64,000 bases of DNA from an uncultured Candidatus Saccharibacteria bacterium (GCA_964490395.1 CAZBAS010000006.1:8081-72080), one strand, 5' to 3'. Positions 1 through 10,175 are shown, counted from the first letter of the stretch. Made by a program: numbers and translations. Notes: generated by a model not told the origin, from the sequence alone.

Positions 1-470
1 TGAGCCTGCATTGGGGTGGAAACTTTGAGCAAAAATATTTTCTTGAGCAGCCCGTACCGTCCAAAAGTGGCATAGAAACGTACAAGAGTCAGCGTTACCC
101 GTATCAATTTACGTATACGGCAAAAAATGGCTATGTCATTCACCGCACTAGTGCGGACGCAGACCATACCCCCACACTGGAAAGTATAGAAATGTATAAT
201 CCTACCTCGAACCCCATAGACGCGTTTGGTGTGCTCGTATACGCAAATCCAGATACACTTTCCGCTACAGAATTTTTAAAAAAGAATTATAGTTTTTGGG
301 CAGAAAGCTATGCAGGGCTGCACCCAAAGTCAGCTACATTCCTAAAGATGCCAGCAGTGCGGTTTGACCCCAGTGGCATAAGCCTTCGGACCATTATTAC
401 TCACGGCAGCTATGCGTATGTGCTCGTGGGGAATACCGCTGCTTTTAAAACGTTTAGTTTTAACGAATAG
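1..470 (+). CDS. hypothetical protein, C-terminal fragment (ORF open to the left window edge)
   Basis: Frame 3 is open with no stop from nt 3 to the stop at 468-470. A perfect hairpin terminator follows. No family recognised. Confidence 0.45.
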   Translation, partial: SLHWGGNFEQKYFLEQPVPSKSGIETYKSQRYPYQFTYTAKNGYVIHRTSADADHTPTLESIEMYNPTSNPIDAFGVLVYANPDTLSATEFLKKNYSFWAESYAGLHPKSATFLKMPAVRFDPSGISLRTIITHGSYAYVLVGNTAAFKTFSFNE

Positions 471-480
471 CACAAAAATA

Positions 481-520
481 AACAATCTCACATTCTGCGA
501 ATGTGAGATTGTTTATTTGA
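481..520. terminator. bidirectional intrinsic terminator (15 bp perfect stem AACAATCTCACATTC / GAATGTGAGATTGTT, then TATTTG)
   Basis: Perfect inverted repeat lying between convergent genes, with an A-run on one side and a T-rich tract on the other. Confidence 0.7.
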
Positions 521-534
521 TATGGGCGGGTTGT

Positions 535-1092
535 TTATTTGTTGGTAACTGGTTTTGGTTGCAGAAAGGGAATGCGTGTAAGTACAAAATGGTCTAAGCC
601 AAGCCAGCCAGCGGTGCGCCAGGAAAGCAGGAGCAGAAATTCTAACATTAGAAATATAGGGTTTACACTGACTGCACCAGCAAGAAGGTAGTTCATGTTC
701 ATAAACGCGCCAAAGAATGCAGCAAGGGCAGTGAATAGTCCTAGTATGAGCGCAATACCTACCAGAAGTTCGCCATACGCAACAAGGTAAGAAAACAGAA
801 CTGTGTGGTGGTCCACAAAACTTCTCAGAAAAGCGGCATACCAGTTTTGCACATCGGGATGTGCGCCGCTTGTTTTCTGAAGCGCGCCAGTGACAAAAGT
901 GTGGAGGGCGCTCCCTGCCTTGTCGCCAGTCCAAGCCGCGCCTGTAATTTTTCCCCAGCCATCAACTACCCATTGCCAGCCCACGTACACCCGGATAATT
1001 AACCAAAGCGGAGAAAGTTTTGTATTCGTAAATAAAAACGTAGTCCATGGAATGCGCAATGTGTGGGGAGAGGCTGCGGGCGGGGTAGTCAT
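535..1092 (-). CDS. small integral membrane protein, possibly DoxX-family
   Basis: 185 aa with several hydrophobic helices. There is loose similarity to DoxX-like proteins. The start codon is uncertain. Confidence 0.4.
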   Translation of the reverse strand: MTTPPAASPHTLRIPWTTFLFTNTKLSPLWLIIRVYVGWQWVVDGWGKITGAAWTGDKAGSALHTFVTGALQKTSGAHPDVQNWYAAFLRSFVDHHTVLFSYLVAYGELLVGIALILGLFTALAAFFGAFMNMNYLLAGAVSVNPIFLMLEFLLLLSWRTAGWLGLDHFVLTRIPFLQPKPVTNK

Positions 1093-1225
1093 ATGTGTAG
1101 TATTAATAACTTAAATGCTCCTAGTCTTATTGTACCAAACCTCCACCCGCCGAGTCATGTGGGTGGCGCCTTGTGAGTGCGTTGTATATTCAGTACAATA
1201 CAGTATTGGTTAACCTTTACTCCGT

Positions 1226-2062
1226 ATGTGGGCAACAAAAACAAAAAGATTTTTCATCCAGGCGGGAAAAAAGTGGAAAAGCGACAACGCAAGTACCCTC
1301 GCAGCCGCGTTAGCATATTACACCTTATTTTCACTTGCACCCTTGCTCCTCATTGTTATAGCCATGGCAGGTATTTTGTTCGGACGAGAAGCAGCAGAGG
1401 GCAGAATTATTGGCCAAGTACAAGGCGTGCTCGGGTATGATGGTGCGGTATTTATTCAGGACTTGGTACGGAATGTCCGGCACTCTTCAAATAACATTGT
1501 TGCTTCGGTTATTGGTGTGGGTGTGTTGGTGGTAGGTGCGACAGGGATTTTTTCACAGCTTCAAACTTCACTAGACACCATATGGAACGCTCCGGAGCGG
1601 AAAACGCACGCCCTCCTAAAATTACTGAAGCAAAAGACCTTATCATTTGGTATGGTGCTGGTAGTGGGTTTGCTGCTTACCATTTCACTCATCGCCAGTA
1701 CTATTTTGGCGGCGTTTAGTCCGTACCTCAATGAACTAGTGCCAGGAAGTGTGTGGGTGTTTCGCTTGGGCGAAGCACTGCTTTCTTTTTCTATAATTAC
1801 GTTTTTGTTTTCGTGCATGTTTGCTTTTTTGCCCAATGTGCACATTCGCATGCGCCATGCATTTGTGGGTGGGTTTATTACTGCTTGTTTATTCATGCTC
1901 GGCAAATACGCTCTCAGCTGGTACTTGGCATCTCGCGCCATAACATCTTCTTACGGCGCAGCGGGCTCTGTGGTGCTTATACTGTTGTGGGTATACTATT
2001 CGTCTATTATTTTTTACTTCGGTGCGGCATGTACCTATGTATACGTAGGTACCAAAAAATAG
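1226..2062 (+). CDS. YihY/BrkB family membrane protein
   Basis: Has the N-terminal motif AAALAYYTLFSLAPLLL and a multi-TM architecture typical of the YihY/virulence factor BrkB family. Confidence 0.8.
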   Translation: MWATKTKRFFIQAGKKWKSDNASTLAAALAYYTLFSLAPLLLIVIAMAGILFGREAAEGRIIGQVQGVLGYDGAVFIQDLVRNVRHSSNNIVASVIGVGVLVVGATGIFSQLQTSLDTIWNAPERKTHALLKLLKQKTLSFGMVLVVGLLLTISLIASTILAAFSPYLNELVPGSVWVFRLGEALLSFSIITFLFSCMFAFLPNVHIRMRHAFVGGFITACLFMLGKYALSWYLASRAITSSYGAAGSVVLILLWVYYSSIIFYFGAACTYVYVGTKK

Positions 2063-2077
2063 CCATTTATTTGTATA

Positions 2078-2121
2078 TAAAAAACAACTCCACATATTTC
2101 AATTGTGGAGTTGTTTTTTTG
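2078..2121. terminator. bidirectional intrinsic terminator (AACAACTCCACA...TGTGGAGTTGTT followed by T7)
   Basis: Perfect 12 bp stem followed by TTTTTTT, between convergent genes. Confidence 0.7.
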
Positions 2122-2131
2122 ATCGCAGGGT

Positions 2132-2827
2132 CTAGGCAAAAAACTTAGCAATGAGAAATGCAGCTGCTGCGGCAACTCCGCCAATAAGCGCTGTTTGCAC
2201 CATTCCTTTAAAAGGGTTTGCGCCAATGAATTTTGCTTTTACATACCCAAAGACAAGCAGCGCTGCTATGGTTACAACTACGGATGTGCCCAACGCAGCT
2301 GTGGGAGAGTGCATAAAGAAGTAAGGAGAGAGCGGTACAGCGCCACCTACCAAATACGCTGCTGCAATGGTCAAGGCGCTCGTACGAGCACGGTACGGAT
2401 CTGGTTTCTCTAGCTGCAATTCATGCTTCATCATGAATTCTACCCAGTGGTCCGGGTCTTGTTTGAACTGTGCTATAACTTGCCCGAGGTGCTGCTCCGA
2501 TAGCCCATAGGGTTTGAATATTTCTACTGTTTCTTCAATTTCTTTTTCTGGCACAGTGGCTATTTCTTCGTATTCTCGTTTCTCCTCGCTTGCATAGTGT
2601 TCGGCTTCGTTTTTTGCAGCAAGAAAACCACCCAGGCCCATGGAAATGGACCCTGCGGCTATTTCGGCAAGCCCTGCTACCATAATAAGCTCCATGTGGC
2701 TTCCTGCGCTGGAAAGGCCGGCAGCAAGAGCAAACGGTACAGTAAGACCGTCGGACATGCCTAGAATTATATCTCGTATAACTTCTTTGGAAGTAAAATG
2801 TTTTTCAGTATGCAATGGGTGTGACAT
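2132..2827 (-). CDS. VIT1/CCC1 family iron/manganese transporter
   Basis: Has the GMSDGLTVPFALAAGLS motif. An acidic central loop is flanked by TM segments. Confidence 0.8.
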   Translation of the reverse strand: MSHPLHTEKHFTSKEVIRDIILGMSDGLTVPFALAAGLSSAGSHMELIMVAGLAEIAAGSISMGLGGFLAAKNEAEHYASEEKREYEEIATVPEKEIEETVEIFKPYGLSEQHLGQVIAQFKQDPDHWVEFMMKHELQLEKPDPYRARTSALTIAAAYLVGGAVPLSPYFFMHSPTAALGTSVVVTIAALLVFGYVKAKFIGANPFKGMVQTALIGGVAAAAAFLIAKFFA

Positions 2828-2832
2828 ATGGG

Positions 2833-3420
2833 TTATTGAGTGTGTGACCAGTTCCTAAATAGTAGGTAATCGTAAAAGCCAACTATATCTCGCGCGGTGG
2901 AGTACGTGTCTCGTATCTCGTAAAAAGTGGCGTGCGCGTGGTACATGCGGGGGACGCCTGCTCGATGAAAAGCATATATACTCCGAAGAATGTGGTAGGG
3001 TTGAGTAACTACAATAACAGAATGCCAGTTTCTTTGTTTTGCCATGGCTGCGGTATGCTCTGCAGTGGCTTGGGTGTTAACGCCCGTGTCGTCTACTACT
3101 ATGTCGGTTGCTGGCACAGCATGCTCACGTAAATAGTTTTGCATAACTTGCGCCTCGTTGTATCCTTCTTTGCCCATGCCCCCGCTCACTACAAGTAAGG
3201 GGGCGTAGTGGGCCTGGTATAGTTCCAAGCCCTTGTCTATCCTGCTTTTGAGCCGGTCGGACATGCTACCATCGGGGTTGACCGTGTTGGCTAGTATTAC
3301 TATAGCGTCTGCAGCATGGGTTGTGTCGTGGAGGCCCACATACCAGAATACTACAACGTGTGCAACAGCGATGGCTACCAGGCTTGCACAAGCCAGAACA
3401 ATTTTCTTTTTTAAAGTCAT
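2833..3420 (-). CDS. YdcF/ElyC (DUF218) family protein
   Basis: Has an N-terminal TM segment and the VVSGGMGKEGYNEAQVM motif typical of DUF218. I chose the internal start MTLKKK (CAT at 3418-3420) to avoid overlap with the upstream gene. Confidence 0.6.
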   Translation of the reverse strand: MTLKKKIVLACASLVAIAVAHVVVFWYVGLHDTTHAADAIVILANTVNPDGSMSDRLKSRIDKGLELYQAHYAPLLVVSGGMGKEGYNEAQVMQNYLREHAVPATDIVVDDTGVNTQATAEHTAAMAKQRNWHSVIVVTQPYHILRSIYAFHRAGVPRMYHAHATFYEIRDTYSTARDIVGFYDYLLFRNWSHTQ

Positions 3421-3431
3421 GGTACGTATAG

Positions 3432-4670
3432 TTAGTGTGCGCTGTTTTCTCCAGCAAGGTAACCCGTGGTCCAACATATTTGCAAACTAAAGCCACCAGA
3501 TGGTCGGTCAAAGTCGAGTACGTCACCAGCAAGGTACAGGTTTGCATATAACTTTGACTGCATGGTTTTGAAATCTATTTCTTTCAAAGAAACTCCGCCC
3601 GAGGTAACCACTGCTTTTTCTACACCTAAAAATCCGGTTACGGTAAGAGAAAAACTTTTTAGTTGTTTTACCAGCAAGGTTCGTTCCGCTTGGGTTATGG
3701 CGTTGCAGGTTTTTTCTGGGTCAATGTGTACTAGATTTAAAAGCGTGGGAATCATTTTAGGTGGGACTACGTCGCCGAGATTGTTGCGCACTTTTTTATT
3801 GAAACCAGCAGACAGTACTTCCAGGATTTTTTTATCGAGTGCTACTACATCGAGCTCGGGAAATAAATCTAGGTCCAGTGTGACTGGCGCATAGAGGTGC
3901 AGCTCGCGTATGTTTTTGCTCATGTTTAGTACCAGCGGGCCACTTATGCCAAAGTGAGTAAACAGGAGTTTACCGGTTTTGCTTTCTACTTTCTTTCCGT
4001 CTTGAACAATGGTAAGTTTGGCATGGGTAAAGCTCAGGCCCGAGAGGTCTTTGAGCCATTGTTCTTGTATGGTAACTGGTACTAGCGCCGGATCGGATTC
4101 GCTTACGCTATGACCAAGGGTTTTCATCCATGCAAAGCCTTCGCCCGTTGACCCGGTTTCTGGCCTGGATTTTCCACCAGTAGCCAGTATGTATTTTTTG
4201 CCAACTACCACTCCCTGCTTGGTTTTTACGCCTGTTATAAGATTTCCACTATGGAGCAGTGCGTGTGCAGGGCAGTTATATACTATGTGTACACCGCCCT
4301 CACGCATATAATCTACGAGAACCTGCCACACATCTTGAGCTTTGTTGCTTTTGGGAAAGGCGCGTTTTTCTGCTTCTACTTTTGTTTCAAGATTCCTTGC
4401 GTGAAAAAACTCCAGACTCTCGGCTACGCCAAACCGGCTAAAAGAGCCAAAGAGTGCTTTGCCTTTTGGTCCGTATTTTGCCACCATTTTTCGCACTTCG
4501 AGTTCAGCATTGGTAATGTTACATCGGCCTCCTCCTGTGATGAGAAGTTTTTTACCGAGTTTGGCATTTTTTTCGAGCAGCACCACGTTTGCTCCGAGCT
4601 CAGCAGCTCTGCCCGCGGCTATCATTCCTGCAGGACCGCCGCCAATAACTACAACATCGTACATATACAA
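3432..4670 (-). CDS. FAD-dependent oxidoreductase, HI0933/aminoacetone-oxidase family
   Basis: Has an N-terminal VVVIGGGPAGMIAAGRAAELG Rossmann motif, GGGRCNITN, and the domain order of the HI0933-like flavoprotein family. Confidence 0.8.
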   Translation of the reverse strand: MYMYDVVVIGGGPAGMIAAGRAAELGANVVLLEKNAKLGKKLLITGGGRCNITNAELEVRKMVAKYGPKGKALFGSFSRFGVAESLEFFHARNLETKVEAEKRAFPKSNKAQDVWQVLVDYMREGGVHIVYNCPAHALLHSGNLITGVKTKQGVVVGKKYILATGGKSRPETGSTGEGFAWMKTLGHSVSESDPALVPVTIQEQWLKDLSGLSFTHAKLTIVQDGKKVESKTGKLLFTHFGISGPLVLNMSKNIRELHLYAPVTLDLDLFPELDVVALDKKILEVLSAGFNKKVRNNLGDVVPPKMIPTLLNLVHIDPEKTCNAITQAERTLLVKQLKSFSLTVTGFLGVEKAVVTSGGVSLKEIDFKTMQSKLYANLYLAGDVLDFDRPSGGFSLQICWTTGYLAGENSAH

Positions 4671-4672
4671 GC

Positions 4673-4722
4673 AGAATCTAGAATTAAGAATTATGAATCA
4701 AGAATATAGTAGTAAGAATATG
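4673..4722. repeat. heptanucleotide tandem repeat (AGAATYA)x7 in a 5' leader
   Basis: agaatct agaattA agaattA tgaatca agaatat agtagta agaatat lies immediately 5' of the start of the oxidoreductase gene. Confidence 0.5.
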
Positions 4723-4769
4723 GGTGTCGGGTGATGGCATATCGTAACTAGGTACAGACAACTGACTAC

Positions 4770-5351
4770 TTATCTTCCTGGTTTTTTTAAAATTTCATCG
4801 GTGAGCAAGCCTACATTTATTTTCTTTTCTGCAGAGTAGGGAATGAGTTTGTGCTCTCCAATTTCATCTTGTATGGCTGCAATTTGTTTTTTTGCTTCGC
4901 TTGGTTTTAGTTTGTCTATTTTATTGGCAACTATAACCACACGTCGGTCTGCTGCTTCGAGTAGCTCCACCATGGCAATGTCGTTATCGGTTAGGCCAAC
5001 TTTTGCGTCTATGATGAGTACGACTTTTTGTGGGTCAATGTCTGGGTTTTGAAGATACCAGTGGATGAGTTTGGTAATTATGTCACGGCTTTCCCAAGAG
5101 CCTTCTGCGTATCCATACCCAGGTAAGTCCACTAAGTAAAACGATTTATTTATAAGAAATAAATTTATTTCACGAGTCTTGCCAGGTCGCGGACTTGACC
5201 GTGCCAAGTCCTTCCGGCCCACGAGAGAATTTATAACGCTCGACTTGCCTACATTACTCCGGCCAATAAAAGCCACCTGGGGGGTGCCATCGTGTAGTAT
5301 TTCGTCATCGCCAGTAAGGCCTTTTTTAAAATCTGCGGATCGAATTATCAT
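4770..5351 (-). CDS. engB: ribosome biogenesis GTP-binding protein YihA/YsxC (EngB)
   Basis: Has the GRSNVGKSSVINSL P-loop and DLPGYGYA, matching the EngB family. The start is set at MIIRSADF to give the typical length of about 194 aa. Confidence 0.8.
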   Translation of the reverse strand: MIIRSADFKKGLTGDDEILHDGTPQVAFIGRSNVGKSSVINSLVGRKDLARSSPRPGKTREINLFLINKSFYLVDLPGYGYAEGSWESRDIITKLIHWYLQNPDIDPQKVVLIIDAKVGLTDNDIAMVELLEAADRRVVIVANKIDKLKPSEAKKQIAAIQDEIGEHKLIPYSAEKKINVGLLTDEILKKPGR

Positions 5352-5596
5352 GATGCGTATGTATGTTAATACCCAGTGCGCCCTAAGCCTTACACCCTTG
5401 AATTGCTTAAGTATACCAGAAAAGGCTCCCCTCATGTTAAATTTATTTTTTGCTCTATGCTTCAAGCTCCTTAACCTGTGCGCAATATGATGTACCATAT
5501 AGGTACTTCTGGTTGGTAATATAGCGACTGGAAACAATTTCACCTTCCTGAGCTGAAGTCGGCGCCTAGCATTACTGCAAGAAAATGTCTAAAGAA

Positions 5597-5623
5597 ATTA
5601 GTCCGCCATTGGCGGACTAATTT
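5597..5623. terminator. perfect palindrome AATTAGTCCGCCA-TT-GGCGGACTAATT, probable terminator of the minus-strand ABC exporter gene
   Basis: 13 bp perfect stem about 55 nt 3' of the ABC exporter gene stop, followed by a T-rich tract on the minus strand. Confidence 0.5.
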
Positions 5624-5678
5624 GGTTCTACATTGGTAATTGGAAATTCGGAATTGAATATTTGTGCTACTCGACTTA

Positions 5679-7454
5679 TCATAGCTTTTGTTTTTCCCAC
5701 AGTTCAAAGAAGCGCCCTTTCTTTTTATACAGCTCGTCAAAGCTTCCTTGCTCTATAAGTTTACCTTCTTCAATCACCAAAATTTTGTCCATCTCTTTTA
5801 TGGTGGTAAGACGATGGGCTATGACTATAGCAGTAACATTTTCAAAAAATAGGTGCAGCGAGTCTTTTATTTTTGCTTCTGACTCTATGTCTAGGTGCGA
5901 GGTAGCTTCGTCGAGCAAGAGAATTTGTGGCTCCTTAAATACTGCCCTGGCTATGCCAAGTCGCTGTTTCTCGCCCCCAGAAAGTTTTACACCTTTTTCG
6001 CCAATGAGGCTTTCTACGCCTTCAGGGAGTTTAGACAAGAAATCAGTTACGTGGGCTATGTCTAAAGATTTGGTAAGTAGATTGTTATTATCTTTCTGTT
6101 CGTCATTTGCTAAGACTATATTGTCTTTAAGGGAAAAATTAAACACCTCTGTGTCTTGCAACACTACTGCCACATATTTAAAGTAGTCAGATTTTTTAAT
6201 GTTTTGAAGGGTAGTGCCGTCGAAACTAATACTTCCATCAAAATTCTCATATTCTTTTAAGAGCAGTTTGAATAAGGTAGATTTGCCCGCCCCGGAAAGT
6301 CCGACAACACCAATCTTTTCGCCCCGGCGTATGGTAAACGAGATGTCCTGCAATACCACATTGTCTCCGTAGCTAAAAGTAACATGTGCCACATCCAACT
6401 GTTGCCAGTTTTGGGGAAATGCTATCTTGCCACTCATATCCTCTATAGTGGTTGGTGTCTTGAGCAGGGCTTGTAGTCTGCTTATGGAGAATTTCGCGAT
6501 GGTTATATCTTGGCCCAGGTCGGAGAGGTTGTTCGCTAGGTCGCGGATTGTGGTAAAGTAACCATTAAATAATATCAAAAACCCAATTTCGTACCGGCCG
6601 TGAATTACCCCAAAAATAATATAGATAAGTGTGGCAATGCGAATGGAATGCCCCCACAAGCCAAGCGCAGTCCCGCGTATCTGAAACAGTAATATTCTCT
6701 TTTTGACCTTCTGGTAGAAATTATCTATTTCATCGGATACTCTCCGGTGTAAGGGTCCTGCAAGTTCCATTACTTTTACTGTGCGAATATTACTTATGGT
6801 TTGCACTTCAAGCCCGTTCACGGTTTCCGATTGCACGCTGGCTGCGTGTGCACTTCGCGCTGCTGGTTTTGTAAGAAAATACGAGAGCGTATAGTGCACC
6901 GCAATAAATACTATAATAATTGCAGCGGTAAATGCGTTTACCTTCGCGACTATATAAATGGTTCCGCCGAACGTTACGAGTATGGTAATAATGGAATTTA
7001 GCCACAATCTTATAATTTGCTGAACGCCGTTTGTTCCATTGCTTATGCGCCGCAACTTATTGCCCGTGTTTTCTTTTTCATGCCAGGCCATGTCAATCCT
7101 GAACAGCTGCTGGAGGCTTTTTAGTTCCACATCAAAACCCATCCGTTCTATGGCATAACCACTATATATTCTGGAAAAATATACCGCGACAAATTCCCAT
7201 GCTACGGCAGCGATGAGTAACAGTAAAACGCGAATAATTTCTGATTCGTGTGCGGGTGCGTCTTTGCTGAGCAGCGTGACTACTTCCGCAAACGCATATA
7301 CGGGATAGAGTCTGCTCAGGTCGCGCGAAGCTATGAGCATGCTGAGGAAAAACAGTTTTATCTTAAATGGACGGGCAAAGACCCACACATCTCGTATGAG
7401 TTGAAGCAGGGGGTAGTCAGGGGCTTTTTCATCTGGGTTGGCGTATCGGGGCAT
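5679..7454 (-). CDS. ABC exporter, fused permease/ATPase (MsbA/MdlB-like)
   Basis: Six-TM N-terminal domain. The C-terminal domain has Walker A GLSGAGKST, the signature LSGGEKQRLGIARA, and Walker B ILLLDEATS. Confidence 0.85.
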   Translation of the reverse strand: MPRYANPDEKAPDYPLLQLIRDVWVFARPFKIKLFFLSMLIASRDLSRLYPVYAFAEVVTLLSKDAPAHESEIIRVLLLLIAAVAWEFVAVYFSRIYSGYAIERMGFDVELKSLQQLFRIDMAWHEKENTGNKLRRISNGTNGVQQIIRLWLNSIITILVTFGGTIYIVAKVNAFTAAIIIVFIAVHYTLSYFLTKPAARSAHAASVQSETVNGLEVQTISNIRTVKVMELAGPLHRRVSDEIDNFYQKVKKRILLFQIRGTALGLWGHSIRIATLIYIIFGVIHGRYEIGFLILFNGYFTTIRDLANNLSDLGQDITIAKFSISRLQALLKTPTTIEDMSGKIAFPQNWQQLDVAHVTFSYGDNVVLQDISFTIRRGEKIGVVGLSGAGKSTLFKLLLKEYENFDGSISFDGTTLQNIKKSDYFKYVAVVLQDTEVFNFSLKDNIVLANDEQKDNNNLLTKSLDIAHVTDFLSKLPEGVESLIGEKGVKLSGGEKQRLGIARAVFKEPQILLLDEATSHLDIESEAKIKDSLHLFFENVTAIVIAHRLTTIKEMDKILVIEEGKLIEQGSFDELYKKKGRFFELWEKQKL

Positions 7455-7535
7455 ATATAAAAGCGGAATTTAGAATGGCGAATGTAGAATAAAGAGTGTA
7501 GCAGATTAGAAGAGGGTAGCCCCTTTTGATTATCT

Positions 7536-8399
7536 CTAATGTACCTGCGACGTAGTGATGAGCCGTCTCCAGGGTCCAGTAGGCACTTCTGATTCTTCCA
7601 CGAATTGCCAGCTTACTGTATTTTCGTCGTTATTTAGTCCTTGGAATTTAAGGCAGTCACGTAGTGCAGGAGAGACGTCCATGCCCGCACTGTTTGCTTC
7701 CGTGTTTTTGGGTCGTTCGTCTTTACTCCCAAATACATATTGGGCGTCGCTATATTCATAAGGTCCTGCGTCTTCTATCTGTCCGTAGCAGGCAACGGTG
7801 CCATGAGTAATTTTTACCCATTGGTTTTTCATGAGCGATTCTTCCTTGCTCCAGCTCTTGTCTTTGGCCCATGGTACTACTTGCAGCGCTGTTGGTTTGC
7901 GGTCGCCCTCATCTGTAAAGTCATTATAGGGCAAGTCTAAGTAAAACGGATTTTCTTTGGGTATGCAACCAGCAGGGAAGTAGCCGTTTCGTTTTTCGGG
8001 ATTATCAAAACACCCAAAGTGGTCTTGCCATGCGTCGTCCCATGCGCTTACTGCGTTGTTTTCCGAAGATCCATTTCCCACTGGCTCGCCAATCCAAAAT
8101 ACGGTAGCGGTTATGTTGGTGTGGGCGGGATAGGTGGTAGGTTGCCCGCCCGAGGCGGGTCCGCCTTGGGCGGATAAGTTGTCAGTTGTAAGTTGTTCGG
8201 AAACAGGAGAAGGGGGTGGTACTTTTGATGGGGGAAGGGTAGTGGGGGCAATATCCTGCATGCCTGTACTTACTGCAGAGCTGCTATTTGTGGTCCCTGA
8301 GTTAGTGATAGTATTTACATGCCTCGAGTGTTTCCAAAAAGCAATACCCACAAGTACGGCTAGAAGTATTATGCAAATGAGCATCCATTTATTCCGCAT
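7536..8399 (-). CDS. hypothetical membrane-anchored extracytoplasmic protein
   Basis: Has an N-terminal TM helix, a Pro/Ser/Thr-rich linker and a Trp-rich globular domain. No family recognised. Confidence 0.5.
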   Translation of the reverse strand: MRNKWMLICIILLAVLVGIAFWKHSRHVNTITNSGTTNSSSAVSTGMQDIAPTTLPPSKVPPPSPVSEQLTTDNLSAQGGPASGGQPTTYPAHTNITATVFWIGEPVGNGSSENNAVSAWDDAWQDHFGCFDNPEKRNGYFPAGCIPKENPFYLDLPYNDFTDEGDRKPTALQVVPWAKDKSWSKEESLMKNQWVKITHGTVACYGQIEDAGPYEYSDAQYVFGSKDERPKNTEANSAGMDVSPALRDCLKFQGLNNDENTVSWQFVEESEVPTGPWRRLITTSQVH

Positions 8400-8453
8400 A
8401 TGATAATTGTAACTCTAGGTGCAGATGGGCACCATCCGTAGATTGTTTTGGTA

Positions 8454-9443
8454 CTAAACTAACTTATGTTTGATTAAAATGCTTTTTACCTCGTCGCTCG
8501 TTTTTGCAGTGTAGAGTTCTTCTCGAACCTCTGCTGCACCGTCGAAACCAGATAGGTAAATTTTGTAAAAACGTTTGAGCGGCTCAAAAGGTTTTATGCC
8601 GGTGAAGTGTTTTTCGTATTGCTCCGCGTGGAGGAGGAGTAGCTGCGCTCGTTCTGCTACTGTGTGCTCTTGGGAGCTTTTTTCAAATACCCAAGGATTC
8701 TGAAAAATACCCCGCCCTATCATAACCCCATCACAGCCTGTTGTTTTGGTTTTTTCGTTTCCCTCTGCTCTGGTGAGTACGTCTCCGTTGCCAACAATGG
8801 TTGGTCTTGTTTCGGGAGTTGTTTGGGCGTGTATAAATTTTACAATTTCTGGCATGAGCTCCCAGTGAGCTGGCACTTTAGACATTTCTTTGCGAGTTCG
8901 AAGGTGGACGGAAATGTTTGCTGGCTGCGCTTTTAGCAATGTTGCTATCCAGTTTTCCCAGTCTATTTTGGTGTCGCCAATGCGAATTTTAACCGATACG
9001 GGTATGGTGCTTAGGTTTCCATGGGCTTCTGTAGCGCCTTTCCATGTGGCCTCTACTATTTCCTTGGCAAGTTCTGGGTTTTTATAGAGTGCTGCGCAGG
9101 CTCCGCCTTTCATCTCCGCAGGCTTGGGGCAGCCCATGTTTATGTCTATGCCGTCAAAGCCTAGTTCACGTACGAACTTTGCGGTTTCGTAAAACTTTTC
9201 TGGTTTTGCTCCAAATATCTGTGCCACGAGGGGAGTGGGGCCAGCTTCCTTTTTTAGGTGGTACATAAGGCGCTCTCTGCCGGTAGTATTCATGAGACCA
9301 TCTGTGGAAACGAATTCCGTAAAATAGACGTCTGGTGCAGCTGCCTTGGAAACCACATGCCTAAAAGCGACGTCCGTGACGTCGTACATGGGCGCAAGTA
9401 TAAAAAATGGCCTGGGCAACTTCTCCCAAAAACCTCGGTTCAT
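8454..9443 (-). CDS. dus: tRNA-dihydrouridine synthase
   Basis: Has FFILAPMYDVTDVAFR and GFDGIDINMGCP, the TIM-barrel motifs of the Dus family. Confidence 0.85.
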   Translation of the reverse strand: MNRGFWEKLPRPFFILAPMYDVTDVAFRHVVSKAAAPDVYFTEFVSTDGLMNTTGRERLMYHLKKEAGPTPLVAQIFGAKPEKFYETAKFVRELGFDGIDINMGCPKPAEMKGGACAALYKNPELAKEIVEATWKGATEAHGNLSTIPVSVKIRIGDTKIDWENWIATLLKAQPANISVHLRTRKEMSKVPAHWELMPEIVKFIHAQTTPETRPTIVGNGDVLTRAEGNEKTKTTGCDGVMIGRGIFQNPWVFEKSSQEHTVAERAQLLLLHAEQYEKHFTGIKPFEPLKRFYKIYLSGFDGAAEVREELYTAKTSDEVKSILIKHKLV

Positions 9444-9488
9444 TAAGGTAGTATAATGTAAAGTCCGCTATCTTGTCACCGCGCATCC

Positions 9489-10175
9489 CTATTTTACAGG
9501 TTTAAGTTTTAGTTTAAATTTTCTACGATTTTCTGGCCCCAACTTTATTTCTTCGGCCAGGCCCTCTGCAATAAGATTGTCCCATGCGCCAACAGCAAGG
9601 CGGTTTGCCCCGACAGAGTGTAATTCTTTATTAAAAAATGCCAGGCTATATGCGCCCATCTCAAGTATTCTTTTTGTTCCATACTTTTGGCGAGTGAAGC
9701 TTTTTTCCTCATCGTCAGTTTCTGATATGTTGCCTATGGTTCTATTAAAAATAATGACCGGTAGGTGACTATATGGGTAGTCTTTTAGATATTCATCCTC
9801 AAGACTAATAGTGCCGTACCCAAGTTGGTCTTCTCCGAGCATCTCATAAAAGTAAACTTGTGTGCGTAAACTGCTACCAGGCTCAATACGGTGTTGGGAC
9901 GCCGTGTAGGTTGTTACCCCGTCATTGCGATCAATCTTATAATGAGAATCAAAATTGCCAGGAACATACGGTTCGTTTTCGGTCACAAAGTATCCGCTTT
10001 GCCATTCGAAAAAACTAATTGCCTGCTCAGGTATGCTGGTGCTGTCTATTTCAGTAATTTCGCCAGGAAAGTATGTCTCGAAGGTTGACTTCGAAGAATC
10101 CTTGTAGACCTCCCTAGGCTCGTATGGCTTTTCGCTTGTCTCTCTAGTTTGGTATTGATGTGGTTTTTCGGTCAT
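9489..10175 (-). CDS. hypothetical protein
   Basis: Intact 228 aa ORF. No recognisable motifs. Confidence 0.45.
   Translation of the reverse strand: MTEKPHQYQTRETSEKPYEPREVYKDSSKSTFETYFPGEITEIDSTSIPEQAISFFEWQSGYFVTENEPYVPGNFDSHYKIDRNDGVTTYTASQHRIEPGSSLRTQVYFYEMLGEDQLGYGTISLEDEYLKDYPYSHLPVIIFNRTIGNISETDDEEKSFTRQKYGTKRILEMGAYSLAFFNKELHSVGANRLAVGAWDNLIAEGLAEEIKLGPENRRKFKLKLKPVK

Noticed and set aside
488-934. ORF 488..934(-), which overlaps the 535..1092(-) ORF
   Set aside because: It reads through the terminator hairpin and has a Cys/Arg-rich composition untypical of a real protein. The membrane-protein frame is preferred.
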